Source: Betaproteobacteria bacterium
GTDB taxonomy: Bacteria; Pseudomonadota; Gammaproteobacteria; Burkholderiales; Burkholderiaceae_F
Reading direction: 5' to 3'
Assembly: GCA_046343415.1 (NCBI GenBank)
Contig: JBKDNL010000028.1
Coordinates: 8,103 to 72,102 of the forward strand
Length of the DNA stretch: 64,000 nt
Shown in pieces: positions 32,584-43,124 of this stretch. Under the pieces are notes generated by a model, which was not told the origin of the DNA, searched no databases, and worked only from the letters and a program-made list of their open reading frames with translations. The position numbers and the translations under genes are program-made. Every line of letters begins with the position of its first letter. Position 1 is the stretch's first letter.

Positions 32584-33597
32584 ATGGCAACCGTAACCCC
32601 CGCAGCCCTTTACCCGATCAACGCGGGTAACGGCACCACGACCGGCTCGTCTTTCAACACGACGCCGTCGCACTCCGGCACGTTCATCCCGACCATCTGG
32701 TCGGCCAAGATGAACGCCAAGTTCTATGCCGCGTCCGTGTACGCGAGCATCATGAACACTGACTGGCAGGGCGACATCAGCGGCCTCGGCGACAAGGTGA
32801 TCATCAACACCGCGCCGGACATCACGATCAGCAACTACACGGTCGGTCAGAACCTGACCTACCAGTCGCCGACGCCGTCCACCGTCGAGCTGAACATCGA
32901 CAAAGGCAAGGTCTTCGCCTTCGCCGTGTCGGACGTGCTCGCGTATCAGGCCAAACCTGACCTGATGGACACGTTCAGCAACGACGCCGCCGAGCAGATG
33001 AAGGTCAACATTGACCGCGACTGCCTGCGCGACGTGCTGGTGGACTTCCTGGGCATGGCATCGGGCGCTGCCAACCGCGGCGCAACGGCCGGCGTGCGTT
33101 CTGGCGCGTTCAACCTCGGCACGGACAACGTCCCCATCGTCCTGACGGGTGCGAACGTCCTCGCGAAAATTCTGGAACTGGCCTCGGTACTGGACGAGCA
33201 GAACGTCCCCGAGTCGGATCGCTGGCTGGTGATCGACCCACTCACCCGCACGCTGCTGATGCAGTCGAACCTCGCCCAGGCGCAGTTCATGGGCGACGCG
33301 ACGAGCCCGGTGCGCAACGGCATGATCGGCCGCATCGACCGCTTCACGGTGTACGTGAGCAACCAGCTCCCGCGTGCGCTCGCCGGCCAGAACTTCACTG
33401 GCGGCGCGCAGGCTGGTGCGGTAGCCCGCCGGGCGATTCTCGCCGGCCATCGCAGCGCCGCGTGCTTCGCGTCGCAGATGACCAAGACCGAGACGCTGCG
33501 CAACCCGAACGACTTCGGCGATCTGGTGCGTGGTCTGCAGGTCTACGGCCACAAGGTCGTGCGAGCTGAGGCATTCGCCGTCCTGCTCGCGGCCTAA
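32584..33597 (+). CDS. major capsid protein
   Basis: 337 aa with RBS AGGAGGTGCTCTAA. The N-terminus ...IPTIWSAKMNAKFYAASVYASIMNTDWQGDISGLGDKVII resembles podovirus-type coat proteins. Confidence 0.7.
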   Translation: MATVTPAALYPINAGNGTTTGSSFNTTPSHSGTFIPTIWSAKMNAKFYAASVYASIMNTDWQGDISGLGDKVIINTAPDITISNYTVGQNLTYQSPTPSTVELNIDKGKVFAFAVSDVLAYQAKPDLMDTFSNDAAEQMKVNIDRDCLRDVLVDFLGMASGAANRGATAGVRSGAFNLGTDNVPIVLTGANVLAKILELASVLDEQNVPESDRWLVIDPLTRTLLMQSNLAQAQFMGDATSPVRNGMIGRIDRFTVYVSNQLPRALAGQNFTGGAQAGAVARRAILAGHRSAACFASQMTKTETLRNPNDFGDLVRGLQVYGHKVVRAEAFAVLLAA

Positions 33598-33648
33598 TGA
33601 GTTGGGTGGGGGCTAACACCCCCACCCTCTCTAACCAAGGAGATCGAC

Positions 33649-34005
33649 ATGCCTTTCGCATCAACCCTCATCGCCTCGGGCCTGCACACCACGCAGATTA
33701 CCCCCGGCTCGGTTGCCGTTAACCTCACGGCCGCTGGCGCCACCCAGGCGACCGCCTTGGTGCTCCGTGACGAAGTCAACATCATCGGCACGGCGGCGGC
33801 CTCGACGGGCGTGCTGCTGCCGCAGACTGGCGTCGGCGACGACATCGTCGTCGTCAATGGCGGCGCGAACGCGGTGCTGGTGTACCCGCCCGTAGGCCAC
33901 CAGATCAACAGCCTTGCGGCCAACGCCGGCTACTCGCTGGCCGTGGCAAAAGCGGCCCGCTGCCTCCGCGTCTCCGAGACGCGATGGGTGGTGATCGCCG
34001 CCTAG
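33649..34005 (+). CDS. hypothetical virion protein (capsid-associated by position)
   Basis: 118 aa with RBS AAGGAG. It is followed by a stem-loop. Confidence 0.5.
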   Translation: MPFASTLIASGLHTTQITPGSVAVNLTAAGATQATALVLRDEVNIIGTAAASTGVLLPQTGVGDDIVVVNGGANAVLVYPPVGHQINSLAANAGYSLAVAKAARCLRVSETRWVVIAA

Positions 34006-34016
34006 GCGAGCGCTAA

Positions 34017-34028
34017 CTAACGTGTTAG
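34017..34028. promoter_or_regulatory. 12-bp palindrome family, copy 2
   Basis: CTAACGTGTTAG lies between the stop at 34005 and the stem-loop at 34033. Confidence 0.7.
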
Positions 34029-34032
34029 ACTG

Positions 34033-34060
34033 AAAGGGCAGGCTGCGAGGCTTGCCCTTT
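34033..34060 (+). terminator. stem-loop / probable intrinsic terminator after the capsid module
   Basis: AAAGGGCAGG-CTGCGAGG-CTTGCCCTTT followed by CCCTTTG. Confidence 0.55.
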
Positions 34061-34076
34061 CCCTTTGTGAGCGACC

Positions 34077-34721
34077 ATGCCGACCATCACCGCGCAGTCC
34101 ATCGTTGACAAGGCGCAGACCATCCTGCAGGACACGCCTGGCATGCGCTGGTCGGACTCAGAGCTGCTGGGCTGGCTTAATGACGGCCAGCGCGAAATCT
34201 GCTCGCTGCGGCCCTCCGCGAAGACGCGCTCGGCCACGCTGACGCTCGTCGCCGGCACGCGCCAGACGCTGCCCGACTCGGCCACCATGCTCATCGAGGT
34301 GATGCGCAACATGCCAGGCGGCTCGCCCGGCGCGGCCATCCGCAAGACCGACCGCGAGACGCTCGACTCGTTTGTCCCCGGCTGGCACACGCTGTCGCCG
34401 GTCGCGACCTTGCAGAACTTCGCGTACGACCCGAGCGTGCCGGAGCAGTTTTGGGTCTACCCGCCGGCCGTCGCCAGCACGCAGATCGAAGCGGTGATCG
34501 CGGAGCGCCCGACCGACGTGGCGCTTGCCAACCCTATCGACCTGGACGACATGTACTCGAACGCGCTTATGGACTACGTGCTGTATCGCGGCTACAGCAA
34601 GGACGCCGAGCACGAGGGCAACCGCGCCCTGGCGGTTGCGTACCGCCAGTCGTTCGAGAACACCCTGGGCCTGAAGGCCACGGGCGACGCCGCCGCTGTC
34701 AAGAAGCCCTCGGTGGAGTAA
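34077..34721 (+). CDS. hypothetical virion protein
   Basis: 214 aa ORF in the head-to-tail region. Confidence 0.55.
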   Translation: MPTITAQSIVDKAQTILQDTPGMRWSDSELLGWLNDGQREICSLRPSAKTRSATLTLVAGTRQTLPDSATMLIEVMRNMPGGSPGAAIRKTDRETLDSFVPGWHTLSPVATLQNFAYDPSVPEQFWVYPPAVASTQIEAVIAERPTDVALANPIDLDDMYSNALMDYVLYRGYSKDAEHEGNRALAVAYRQSFENTLGLKATGDAAAVKKPSVE

Positions 34722-34724
34722 ACG

Positions 34725-35384
34725 ATGGCCGCACTGTCCGCTTTCTACGCCGAGATCGAGCTGCAGGCCCCCTCGGTGCCGCGGCCGGTGATCGACCACG
34801 CCGCGCGCAACGCGTGCATCGAGTTCGCCGACCGCTCCAAGGTGCTGCAGGTGACAAGCGACCCGCAGGACTTGCAGGCCAACGTCGCCGACTATGACCT
34901 TGACCTGCCGCCCGGCACGCAACTCGTGAAGCTGATGGCCGTGTGGGTCTACGACGATCCGCCGCTGGCGCTTGTTTCGCCTGAGCAGGTGTACGCCGCC
35001 GCCGAGCTGTACGGGACGGGCGACGCCAGCCGGCCGCGCTACGCCTTCGTGCGCACGCCGGAGTCATCCATCGTCACGCTCGCACCGCGACCGGCGGTAA
35101 ATGCGGCCGGCGCGCTGCGCTGCCGCTTCTCGTACAAGCCAACTCGCACAGCGACCGCCGTGGATGACACGCTGGTCAACAACTGGTACGAGGAAATCTG
35201 TGCTGGCGCCCTCGCGCGCTTGCGCATGATTCCCAACAAGTCGTGGAGCAACCCGACGCAGGCGGCGGTCGACCGGCAGGTGTTCATGGCCGGCGTCTCG
35301 CGCGCCGTGGCGCAAGCGCATACGAGCGGCACCGTGACGCAGGGCGCGGTGATCGGCCCGCGCATCTTCTGGAGCAAACGATAA
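34725..35384 (+). CDS. hypothetical virion protein
   Basis: 219 aa ORF. Confidence 0.55.
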   Translation: MAALSAFYAEIELQAPSVPRPVIDHAARNACIEFADRSKVLQVTSDPQDLQANVADYDLDLPPGTQLVKLMAVWVYDDPPLALVSPEQVYAAAELYGTGDASRPRYAFVRTPESSIVTLAPRPAVNAAGALRCRFSYKPTRTATAVDDTLVNNWYEEICAGALARLRMIPNKSWSNPTQAAVDRQVFMAGVSRAVAQAHTSGTVTQGAVIGPRIFWSKR

Positions 35385-35731
35385 TGCCGGCCACCTACGA
35401 CCTCACGATCTACAACGGCGCGACCTTCAACCAACAGTTCATCTGGCGCGACAGCGCCGGAGCGCTGGTCAACCTGACGGGCTTCTCCGCGCGCATGCAA
35501 ATTCGCGCGAACAAGGCGGCGACGACCTTCATCCACGAGCTAACCAACCTGAACGGCGGCATCGCCCTGGGCGACGCGGCCGGCACGATCAACTTGACGA
35601 TCCCCGCCGCTACCACGGCCGGGTTCACGGTCAAGAAGGGCGTCTACGACCTTGAGCTGGTGTCCGGCTCCGGCGTCGTGACCCGACTGGTCGAAGGCGC
35701 AGTGGTCTTCTCGCCGGAGGTGACGCGGTGA
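35384..35731 (+). CDS. hypothetical virion protein
   Basis: C-terminal 115 codons of ORF 35243..35731. The ATG overlaps the upstream TAA (TAATG). Confidence 0.5.
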   Translation: MPATYDLTIYNGATFNQQFIWRDSAGALVNLTGFSARMQIRANKAATTFIHELTNLNGGIALGDAAGTINLTIPAATTAGFTVKKGVYDLELVSGSGVVTRLVEGAVVFSPEVTR

Positions 35732-38433
35732 CGGACACCGTCATCGTCACCGAAACCAACACCGTCCTCAGTGTCATCGGCAGCGAACCGCAGGTCATCG
35801 TTGCCGACCCGCAGGTTGAGACGGTCGCGGTTTCGACGACCGACACCGTGGTGGCCGTGCAGGACGCCACGCCGTCGCTCGCGGTCAGCGATCAGACCGG
35901 CGTCGTCACCGTCGTCCAAGAGCTGTTCCAGACCGTCGAAGTTGTTGCCCAGGGGCCACAAGGCCCGCCGGGCAGCGGCAGCGTGTGGGGCAGCATCACC
36001 GGCACGCTGTCGAACCAGACCGACCTGCAGAACGCCCTGAACGCCAAGGCCGACGCCTCGGCGCTGGCGGGCTACGCGCTTGTCTCGCGGCTGATCTCCG
36101 CCGGCACCGGCCTGACCGGCGGGGGCTCGCTCGCGGCCGACCGCGCGCTGGCGTTTGATACCGCCTGGGGCGACGCGCGGTACGTGCAGCCGGCTGCTTT
36201 GTCTGTCTACGCGCTTGTCTCGCGGCTGATCTCCGCCGGCACCGGCCTGACCGGCGGGGGCTCGCTTGCGGCCGACCGCACGCTCTCCGTGGTGGACGAC
36301 ACCACAACGCAGCGCGTGCAGGTTGCGCTTGCCGGGACGCTGGTGGGTACACGCCGCCGGCTGAACTTCATCCAAGGTGCGAACGTCACGCTGTCGGTGG
36401 TGGACGACACGGTCAACAACGATGTGGATGTCACCATCGCGGCCACTGGCGGGGGTGGGGGCGGCACTCCGGGCGGCAGCAGCCAGCAGGTGCAGGTCAA
36501 TAACGCAGGCGCGTTTGCTGGCTTTGCTGGCTTCACCTACGACAGTGTTGGCGGCAGACTCACCATTGGAAATGGATCAGGATTCTCGTCTACTGTTGAC
36601 GGAGTGCGCCTTGGCAGCGCCGACGCCGCACAACAATACGCGGTGCGCGTCTCCGGCGGGCAAGAGGCTTACTTTGGTGCTTGGGCCACTGGCGGTTACG
36701 TCGGCACCCGGACGAACCACCCGTTCGAGTTCTACACGAACAATTTAATGCGTGGGTCGATTAGCGCCGCTGGGGTCTGGACGTTTGGCGGCGATGTCTC
36801 CATTACCGGAGCGTCACGCCGCATCATCATCGGCAGTGCCAATGACGGCACGGCCACGCTGTTCCAGGGCTCGACCCTGAACGCCAGCACGATCTTCGGC
36901 GCGGTGCCCAACGGCGCGAGCACGGTGGGCGGCATCCGCGTCTACGGCGGCTCGTCCGGGACGAACACGACCTTCGCGCAAATCGCCATCGACGGAGCGG
37001 GCGGCTTCGCTTCGGTCGATTCAAGCCACAACGCCATAGGCGGCTTTTCCCTGCCCCTCCGCTTTCGGATGACGACGGCGGGCGCGGTCACCACGCGGGC
37101 CACGCTGTTCAACAACGGCAACTTCAACATCGGCCCGACGCTGACTGATCCGAACGTGATGCTCCGGGTCGAGGGCAGTGTGCGATTCGATCCGCCAGGA
37201 GGCAAGCTGCTCGGGCTGAACGTCGCATCATCGGCGTGGATGTCCACCACCAGCGGCATCGAGTTCGCGCGCGCTGGCAACGCCATCATCTCATACAACA
37301 ACGGCCCGGCCGTTCAGATCAGCAGCAACACGTTCTTCGACGGCACGTCGTGGGTCTACGCGAACACGGGCGTCGCCGGGGTGCTGAACATCAACGGCGG
37401 CACGCTCAACTGGCTCAATGCGCCCAGCGGGACGGGCGGCGCGAACCTGACGCTGGCTTCGCGGTTCAGCGTCAACGGCAACGGCAACGCGGTGATCGGC
37501 GCCCCCGTCGCGGGCAACGCACTGTCGCTGTTCTCGGGCGCCCTGTTCACGCCGGGCGCCAACCCCACGGGCGCAGCCCTGCGCGTGCAAGGCTCGTTCG
37601 GCGGCGGCATCGTCATCGAGGACACGTCGTTTTGGGGCTTTTGGGCGGACGGCGCCGGCGCAAACCTGCGCTTCGGCAGCTCGCCGGACATCGCAACCGG
37701 GTTCACGATTCGCGCGACGCTGTCGTCGCTCGGCAACTTCACCACGGCTAACTACTTCGCCACGGGAGCGACCGGCTTCCGGCACACCGATGGCGGAACG
37801 GGAGCGTACTTCGAGCTCCGAGCGTGGGATGCGGGCGGTGGGTGGCGCCCGACCAGCTTTTTCGTCAGCAACGCCGGAGAAGCGGCGACCCGCCGCTTCG
37901 ACTTCAGCTCAAGCGGCAATCTCGTTGCGTGGGCGCAATCAAACTTTAACGGCTTCGAGGTGATCGCCGGCACGTCAAACGTCCCAGCGATCACACTGCA
38001 CAAGAGCGGCAACTACGCCGCCCGCATGTACTTGAACGGCAACAACCGCTTCTCGTTCGGCTCGTTCAGTGCCCCCGAAGACGTGTTCATGATCGACTTC
38101 GGCGGGACGACTTTCCTGCGCAGCACGGGGCCGACGCACTGGTGGTGGGACACCGACCACCGCACGTTCGGCATCCACGTCAACAGCAACCTCGCGTACT
38201 TCATGCGCGGGGGTGTGAACGACCCCAACTGGACGACGGTCACGGACCGCTACGGCACTTCGCGCTGGCCGATGGTGATGGACTTGAACAGCGGCAACAT
38301 GGAGATGGGCAACGACCTGCGCACGGGCGGCAAGTTCTTCGGTCGCTACGCCGGCAACGGGCTGGCGGCGGTGATCCTCTCGACGGCCAGCCCCTCGGGC
38401 GGCGCGGACGGCGATCTGTGGCTACGGTACTGA
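35728..38433 (+). CDS. tail fibre / tail spike-like protein
   Basis: 901 aa, Gly/Thr/Asn-rich, with an internal 45-aa duplication (ALVSRLISAGTGLTGGGSLAADR). Confidence 0.6.
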   Translation: MTDTVIVTETNTVLSVIGSEPQVIVADPQVETVAVSTTDTVVAVQDATPSLAVSDQTGVVTVVQELFQTVEVVAQGPQGPPGSGSVWGSITGTLSNQTDLQNALNAKADASALAGYALVSRLISAGTGLTGGGSLAADRALAFDTAWGDARYVQPAALSVYALVSRLISAGTGLTGGGSLAADRTLSVVDDTTTQRVQVALAGTLVGTRRRLNFIQGANVTLSVVDDTVNNDVDVTIAATGGGGGGTPGGSSQQVQVNNAGAFAGFAGFTYDSVGGRLTIGNGSGFSSTVDGVRLGSADAAQQYAVRVSGGQEAYFGAWATGGYVGTRTNHPFEFYTNNLMRGSISAAGVWTFGGDVSITGASRRIIIGSANDGTATLFQGSTLNASTIFGAVPNGASTVGGIRVYGGSSGTNTTFAQIAIDGAGGFASVDSSHNAIGGFSLPLRFRMTTAGAVTTRATLFNNGNFNIGPTLTDPNVMLRVEGSVRFDPPGGKLLGLNVASSAWMSTTSGIEFARAGNAIISYNNGPAVQISSNTFFDGTSWVYANTGVAGVLNINGGTLNWLNAPSGTGGANLTLASRFSVNGNGNAVIGAPVAGNALSLFSGALFTPGANPTGAALRVQGSFGGGIVIEDTSFWGFWADGAGANLRFGSSPDIATGFTIRATLSSLGNFTTANYFATGATGFRHTDGGTGAYFELRAWDAGGGWRPTSFFVSNAGEAATRRFDFSSSGNLVAWAQSNFNGFEVIAGTSNVPAITLHKSGNYAARMYLNGNNRFSFGSFSAPEDVFMIDFGGTTFLRSTGPTHWWWDTDHRTFGIHVNSNLAYFMRGGVNDPNWTTVTDRYGTSRWPMVMDLNSGNMEMGNDLRTGGKFFGRYAGNGLAAVILSTASPSGGADGDLWLRY
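36073..36279. repeat. two 72-nt copies (1 mismatch) spaced 135 nt inside the fibre gene
   Basis: 36073-36144 and 36208-36279 were read directly. Confidence 0.85.
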
Positions 38434-38436
38434 CCC

Positions 38437-38901
38437 ATGCCGATGAGCTACAACGACAACGGGACGTGGCGCACCATCACGGGCCTGTTTTACAACGACA
38501 ACGGGACGTGGCGCACGATCAACGCGGCTTGGTACAACGACAACGGAACGTGGCGGCAGGTCTACTCGTCGGCCGCGCCGATGTCGCTGTCCAAGGACGG
38601 CGACGCGTCGGGCACTTACTTCGGCTCGTTCAACGGAGACAGCGGCAACGCCGAGACCAACACCGTCACGATTTCTGTCTCGGGCGGCGTGGGGCCGTTC
38701 ACGTACTCGTGGTCGTATGTCAGCGGCGACCCGGCCACCGTCAACAGCCCTAGCAGCGCCAGCACGTCGTTTACCCGAGTCGGCACGGTGCCCAGCAGCG
38801 CCGGCGGCACGTACCGATGCACGGTGACGGACACGGGCAATGGCGGCGCGACCGCCACCATTGACGTAATCGTCTTTACAGATTACGAACTGAACTTCTA
38901 A
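38437..38901 (+). CDS. hypothetical protein with three YNDNGTWR repeats
   Basis: 154 aa. A 42-nt period repeat lies at 38449-38559. Confidence 0.55.
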   Translation: MPMSYNDNGTWRTITGLFYNDNGTWRTINAAWYNDNGTWRQVYSSAAPMSLSKDGDASGTYFGSFNGDSGNAETNTVTISVSGGVGPFTYSWSYVSGDPATVNSPSSASTSFTRVGTVPSSAGGTYRCTVTDTGNGGATATIDVIVFTDYELNF

Positions 38902-38913
38902 CTAACGTGTAAG
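38902..38913. promoter_or_regulatory. 12-bp palindrome family, copy 3
   Basis: CTAACGTGTAAG lies directly after the stop at 38901. Confidence 0.65.
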
Positions 38914-38940
38914 ATAATGACTCCCCAAGGAGAACCGACG

Positions 38941-39147
38941 ATGCAACAGCAGCTCAAAGTGCCCCCGCAGCTCACCGTGACCCTAGCGCCGGACGCGTGG
39001 AACTTGGCCGAGCAGCTCATTACCAACGCGCCGATGAATCAGGTCGAGGGGCTGGTCAACACCATTCGCGGCCAACTGCACCAGCAGGTCGTGGCGTTTA
39101 ACGCGCCGCCGGCAGCACCCGACGCCCCGGTCGCGCCGAAGGAGTAA
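38941..39147 (+). CDS. hypothetical protein
   Basis: ORF 38917..39147. The second ATG is preceded by AAGGAGAACCGACG. Confidence 0.45.
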   Translation: MQQQLKVPPQLTVTLAPDAWNLAEQLITNAPMNQVEGLVNTIRGQLHQQVVAFNAPPAAPDAPVAPKE

Positions 39148-39150
39148 GCG

Positions 39151-40791
39151 ATGGCGGTGGCCGGCACCCGCAGCTTTACGGGGCTGATGCCCCGTAAAAC
39201 CACGGACATGCTGCCGGCCGCAGCAGGGCAGGTCGCGTCCAACGCGAAGTTCAGTCAGGGGGTGCTCGACCCCTGGCGCGCGCCCGCCACGATCCTGGCG
39301 CTGTCGTCGGTGGGGGTTGTGCAGACGGTCTACCGTTTCGGGCAGAACAACCCGAACGAGAACCAGTTCTGGTTCGAGTGGACGACCGACGTGAACGTCG
39401 TCAAGGGGCCGGTGCCGGGCGACACGCAGGAGCGCACGTACTGGACGGACGGCACCTTCCCGAAGAAGACCGACGCGACCATCGCCACAGTCGCGCCGCC
39501 GTACCCGACCAACTCGTATCGCCTCGCGGTGCCCGGCCCTGGCCGCGCACCGTTCGGCGCGTACACGCCCTCGGTGAGCGTCGGGGGCACGCCCACCAAT
39601 GCCAACGACCCGCAGACCTCAGCCGTCTACGCAGTGACCTACGTCACCGCGTGGGACGAGGAGAGCCAGCCGTCGGCCGTCAGCAGCCTCGTGGCGTTCC
39701 GGCCGGGGCAGACGGTCACGGTGACGCTGCCGACCGCACCGGGCGGCGCCTACAACATCAACCGGGTGCGCATCTACCGCTCAAACACCGGCACCAGCCG
39801 CACGAGCTTCCAGTTCGTTGACGAGCGCCCGGTCGGCACCGTGAGCTACGCCGACACCAAGGCGTCGAGCGCGCTGGGCGAAGTGATGCAGACGTTCGAC
39901 TGGATCGCCCTGCCGGACAACGCCATCGGCTTGCGCTACCACGGCAACGAGATCATGTCGGCGTTCTTCGGCAACACGCTGGCCTTCAGCGAGCCGGGCG
40001 TGCCGTACGCGTGGCCGGCGAAGTACTACCAAGCCTTCGACGCACCCATCGTCGGCACGGGCTCGTTTCAGCAGTCGACGTTCGTGGGCACCACGCGCGG
40101 CTGTTTCCTCGTGACCGGCGTCGATCCTGGCGCCATGTCGGTCGAGCAGATCAAGGATGCGCCCTCGTGCGTGGCGAAGAACTCCGTGGTCGAGATGCTC
40201 GGCGGCGTGGTGTGGGCCTCGGCGGACGGCCTGTGGTACGTCGGGCCGGGCGGCATGCGCAGCCTGACCGAGGACATCCTCACCAGCGATCAGTGGAAGA
40301 CGTACACCCCGGCGTCGATCAAGGCGTACGTCTACGGCAGCCTGTACATCGCCAGCTTCAACAACGGCTCGCCGGGCACGCTGATCTTCGACTTCGACCA
40401 AAAGGGCGCCAGCTTCACGACCAGCGACCAGTTGTTCAGCGCCGGGTACTGGGAGCGCCAGCGCGATGCGCTGTACGTCGTGCAGTCGAACACCAGCCTG
40501 CGGCGCTGGGACGCCGGCGCTGCGCTCACGTTTACGTGGCGCAGCAAGGAGTTCCGCTTCCCTATGACCAAGGCGATGAGCTGCGCCAAGGTGGAGGCCG
40601 ACGCCTACCCCATCACGTTTCGCCTGTTCGCCGACGGCGTGCAGCGCGGCTCTGACATCACCGTCAGCAACGCGCGCTCGTTCCGCCTGCCGGCCGGCCG
40701 CGCCACGACGTACTCGTTCCTCCTGACCGGCTCTGCCCGCGTGATCGGCGCGTTCATAGCTGAGTCGCCGGAGGAGCTGGGGCAAGCATGA
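39151..40791 (+). CDS. virion structural protein (tail-associated, function unassigned)
   Basis: 546 aa ORF in the tail module. Confidence 0.55.
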   Translation: MAVAGTRSFTGLMPRKTTDMLPAAAGQVASNAKFSQGVLDPWRAPATILALSSVGVVQTVYRFGQNNPNENQFWFEWTTDVNVVKGPVPGDTQERTYWTDGTFPKKTDATIATVAPPYPTNSYRLAVPGPGRAPFGAYTPSVSVGGTPTNANDPQTSAVYAVTYVTAWDEESQPSAVSSLVAFRPGQTVTVTLPTAPGGAYNINRVRIYRSNTGTSRTSFQFVDERPVGTVSYADTKASSALGEVMQTFDWIALPDNAIGLRYHGNEIMSAFFGNTLAFSEPGVPYAWPAKYYQAFDAPIVGTGSFQQSTFVGTTRGCFLVTGVDPGAMSVEQIKDAPSCVAKNSVVEMLGGVVWASADGLWYVGPGGMRSLTEDILTSDQWKTYTPASIKAYVYGSLYIASFNNGSPGTLIFDFDQKGASFTTSDQLFSAGYWERQRDALYVVQSNTSLRRWDAGAALTFTWRSKEFRFPMTKAMSCAKVEADAYPITFRLFADGVQRGSDITVSNARSFRLPAGRATTYSFLLTGSARVIGAFIAESPEELGQA

Positions 40792-42584
40792 GCGATGTCA
40801 AGACGACCATCGTCGAGCGACTGGCCGATGACGCCGCCGCGGGCATTTTTCTAGACCGCCGCGCGCTCCTGCCGGCGGTGCCGCCGCCGGTCGAGGACTT
40901 GGCCGCGCTGACGAAGTCCGTCCGTGCGATCAAGACGATCCTGGATGCGCGCGAGGGCCAGGGCTCGTCCGCGCTCGAAGAAGCCGTCACCGTGCGCAAG
41001 CTGGTCGAGCTGGGCGTGCAAATCCAGATCGGCAACGTCACCCTCGGCGACCCACTGAACCGGCCGGAGCCTCCACCCACGGTGTCGGTGGGCTTTCCCA
41101 TCGCGGGCAACGTCGGCTACGTCGACCCGCGCCCGGTGTTGACCAGCGCGCCGCTGCCCACGAACCTCACCGTGCAGGGTGCCGTCCAGACGATCTTCGT
41201 GTCGTGGGACTTGATCGACTACCAGAACCACGCCTTCATCGAGGTGTGGCGCAACACCACGAACAACGTCGCCACCGCGACCAAGCTCGGCAACTCGACC
41301 GGGCTGCAGTACGTGGACGTGACCGGCGCGATGGGCGTGACCTACTGGTACTTCGTCCGCGCGATTGCCGTTGCGGAAGACGGCAGCCTGCTGACCGGCG
41401 CCTACACACTGGGCGTCTCCGGCGGGCGCGGGCAGGTGGGCGGCGTCGACCTGGGGCCGCTGATCGTGGAGGCGGGCAACCTCGCCAACGGCTCGGTCGG
41501 CACGACCAAGATCACCGACGACGCCGTCACCTCGCAGAAGATCGTGGCGAACGCCGTGGTGGCGGGCAAGATCGCAGCCAACGCCATCGGCGCCACGCAG
41601 ATCATCGCCGACTCGATCACGGGCGACCGCATTGCGGCGGCCACTATCGCGGGCGATCGCATCCAGGCCAACACGATCACGGCGAGCAACATTCAGGCCG
41701 GCAGCATCACGGGCGACCGGCTGCAGGCCAACACGATCACCGCGGGGCAGATCGCGGCCAACACGATCACGGGCAGCCGCATCGCGGGCTCGACCATCAC
41801 CGCCGACAAGATGAGCGTCACGTCGCTGTCAGCCATCACCGGCACGATGGGCACGCTCAACGCGGGCGTGCTCACGCTCGACAACGCGGGCGGCTGGTCG
41901 TACGTGCGCAGCGCGAACAAGTGGTGGGCCGATGCGACCAACGGCTTCGTCTTCGCGGGGTACGCGCCCGATTCGTCGAGCTTCATGGACGTGCGCTCGG
42001 GCAACAGCTACATCCGCATGTCCGCCGGCGCGTCGGTGGGCGCGACGCAAGAGATCAGCTTCAACAGCGGCCAGATTCTGCTGCGCGGCACCGACGGCTA
42101 CTTCTCGGCGACGAACGCGTACGTCCGGGGCGACATCCAAGCCACGAGCATCAACGCAAGCTCGGTGGGCATCGTCAACACGCTGAACCTCGCGGGCGAG
42201 GCTGTGATCGTGCCGCGCTCGACATCGTGCGGCCTCGTGCAGGTGGGCGCCCTCGTGGGGCGGCAGATCATGGCCGTGGCGCTGAACCCCGGCAACGGCT
42301 CGGTGTTCCTGAGCGCCACCATCGAGGTGATGGGCGGCGGCTTCACCCCGGCGGTGACGTTCCAGTTCCGCCGCGACGGCACCCCGCTGCGCACCTTTGC
42401 GCTGGCGGACTCCTCGGGCCCCGGATACAACCAGACGCAGTGCATCACCTACGTCGACCCGGCGCCCGGCGCTGCCAGCTACACCTACGACCTCTTTGTG
42501 ATCCGGCAAGCGGCTGGCGACGTTGTTAGCGGTGTGGCTTCGGGAACGCTGTTCGCGCTCGGCGTTAAGAACACGGGAAGCTGA
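40788..42584 (+). CDS. tail protein with FN3-like domain and ITG/ANTIT repeats (host-specificity J-like)
   Basis: 598 aa. The segment NLTVQGAVQTIFVSWD...YWYFVRA looks FN3-like. It is followed by repeats such as IADSITGDRIAAATIAGDRIQANTITASNIQAGSITGDRLQANTITAGQIAANTITGSRIAGSTITADKM. Confidence 0.55.
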   Translation: MSDVKTTIVERLADDAAAGIFLDRRALLPAVPPPVEDLAALTKSVRAIKTILDAREGQGSSALEEAVTVRKLVELGVQIQIGNVTLGDPLNRPEPPPTVSVGFPIAGNVGYVDPRPVLTSAPLPTNLTVQGAVQTIFVSWDLIDYQNHAFIEVWRNTTNNVATATKLGNSTGLQYVDVTGAMGVTYWYFVRAIAVAEDGSLLTGAYTLGVSGGRGQVGGVDLGPLIVEAGNLANGSVGTTKITDDAVTSQKIVANAVVAGKIAANAIGATQIIADSITGDRIAAATIAGDRIQANTITASNIQAGSITGDRLQANTITAGQIAANTITGSRIAGSTITADKMSVTSLSAITGTMGTLNAGVLTLDNAGGWSYVRSANKWWADATNGFVFAGYAPDSSSFMDVRSGNSYIRMSAGASVGATQEISFNSGQILLRGTDGYFSATNAYVRGDIQATSINASSVGIVNTLNLAGEAVIVPRSTSCGLVQVGALVGRQIMAVALNPGNGSVFLSATIEVMGGGFTPAVTFQFRRDGTPLRTFALADSSGPGYNQTQCITYVDPAPGAASYTYDLFVIRQAAGDVVSGVASGTLFALGVKNTGS

Positions 42585-43093
42585 TGAAGTATTACGCACG
42601 ATTCCAGCCCGACGGTCGGGTGCTCGACGTGAGCACGCTGCCGGACGAAGACCCGGCGCCTGGCGCCGCGTACGAGGAAGTGGCGAACGATGTCACGCCG
42701 TTCTCGCACGTCAAGCGCGGGGGCCAACTTGTCGCCCTCACGCCCGACGAGGAGGCGCGGCTGCGCGCGTACAAGCACAACGCGGTATGGGACAGCAACG
42801 CGCTCGACTGGGTGGACGCCCGCTCAGCCGCCGACTACGGGCGCGACAAGGCCAAGGCTGTCCGCGCGGAAGCGCTCACGCGCATCCAAGCTGAGATGCC
42901 GGGCATCAACGACTTCGAGGCGCTGCAGCTAGTCCGTGAGCTGTGGCTGTCAATCGCGCCGGCCGCGCGTCAGCCCACGGCCAAGCTCGCCAAGGTGCTC
43001 GCCATCCACCAGGCGGCGCGGCAGGCCATTACCGCTATCCAATCTGCCACCGACCGCCCCGCCGTTGATGCAGTCGTCGTGACGTGGCCGTAG
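42584..43093 (+). CDS. hypothetical protein
   Basis: 169 aa with a TGATG overlap. Confidence 0.5.
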   Translation: MKYYARFQPDGRVLDVSTLPDEDPAPGAAYEEVANDVTPFSHVKRGGQLVALTPDEEARLRAYKHNAVWDSNALDWVDARSAADYGRDKAKAVRAEALTRIQAEMPGINDFEALQLVRELWLSIAPAARQPTAKLAKVLAIHQAARQAITAIQSATDRPAVDAVVVTWP

Positions 43094-43124
43094 TTTACTG
43101 ACCCACCCCTATAGGAGAACTGCA

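Noticed and set aside
36073-36279. Diversity-generating retroelement (template/variable repeat pair) in the fibre gene.
   Set aside because: The two 72-nt copies differ at a single C/T position rather than at adenines. Both lie inside the same ORF, and no reverse transcriptase is present in the window.
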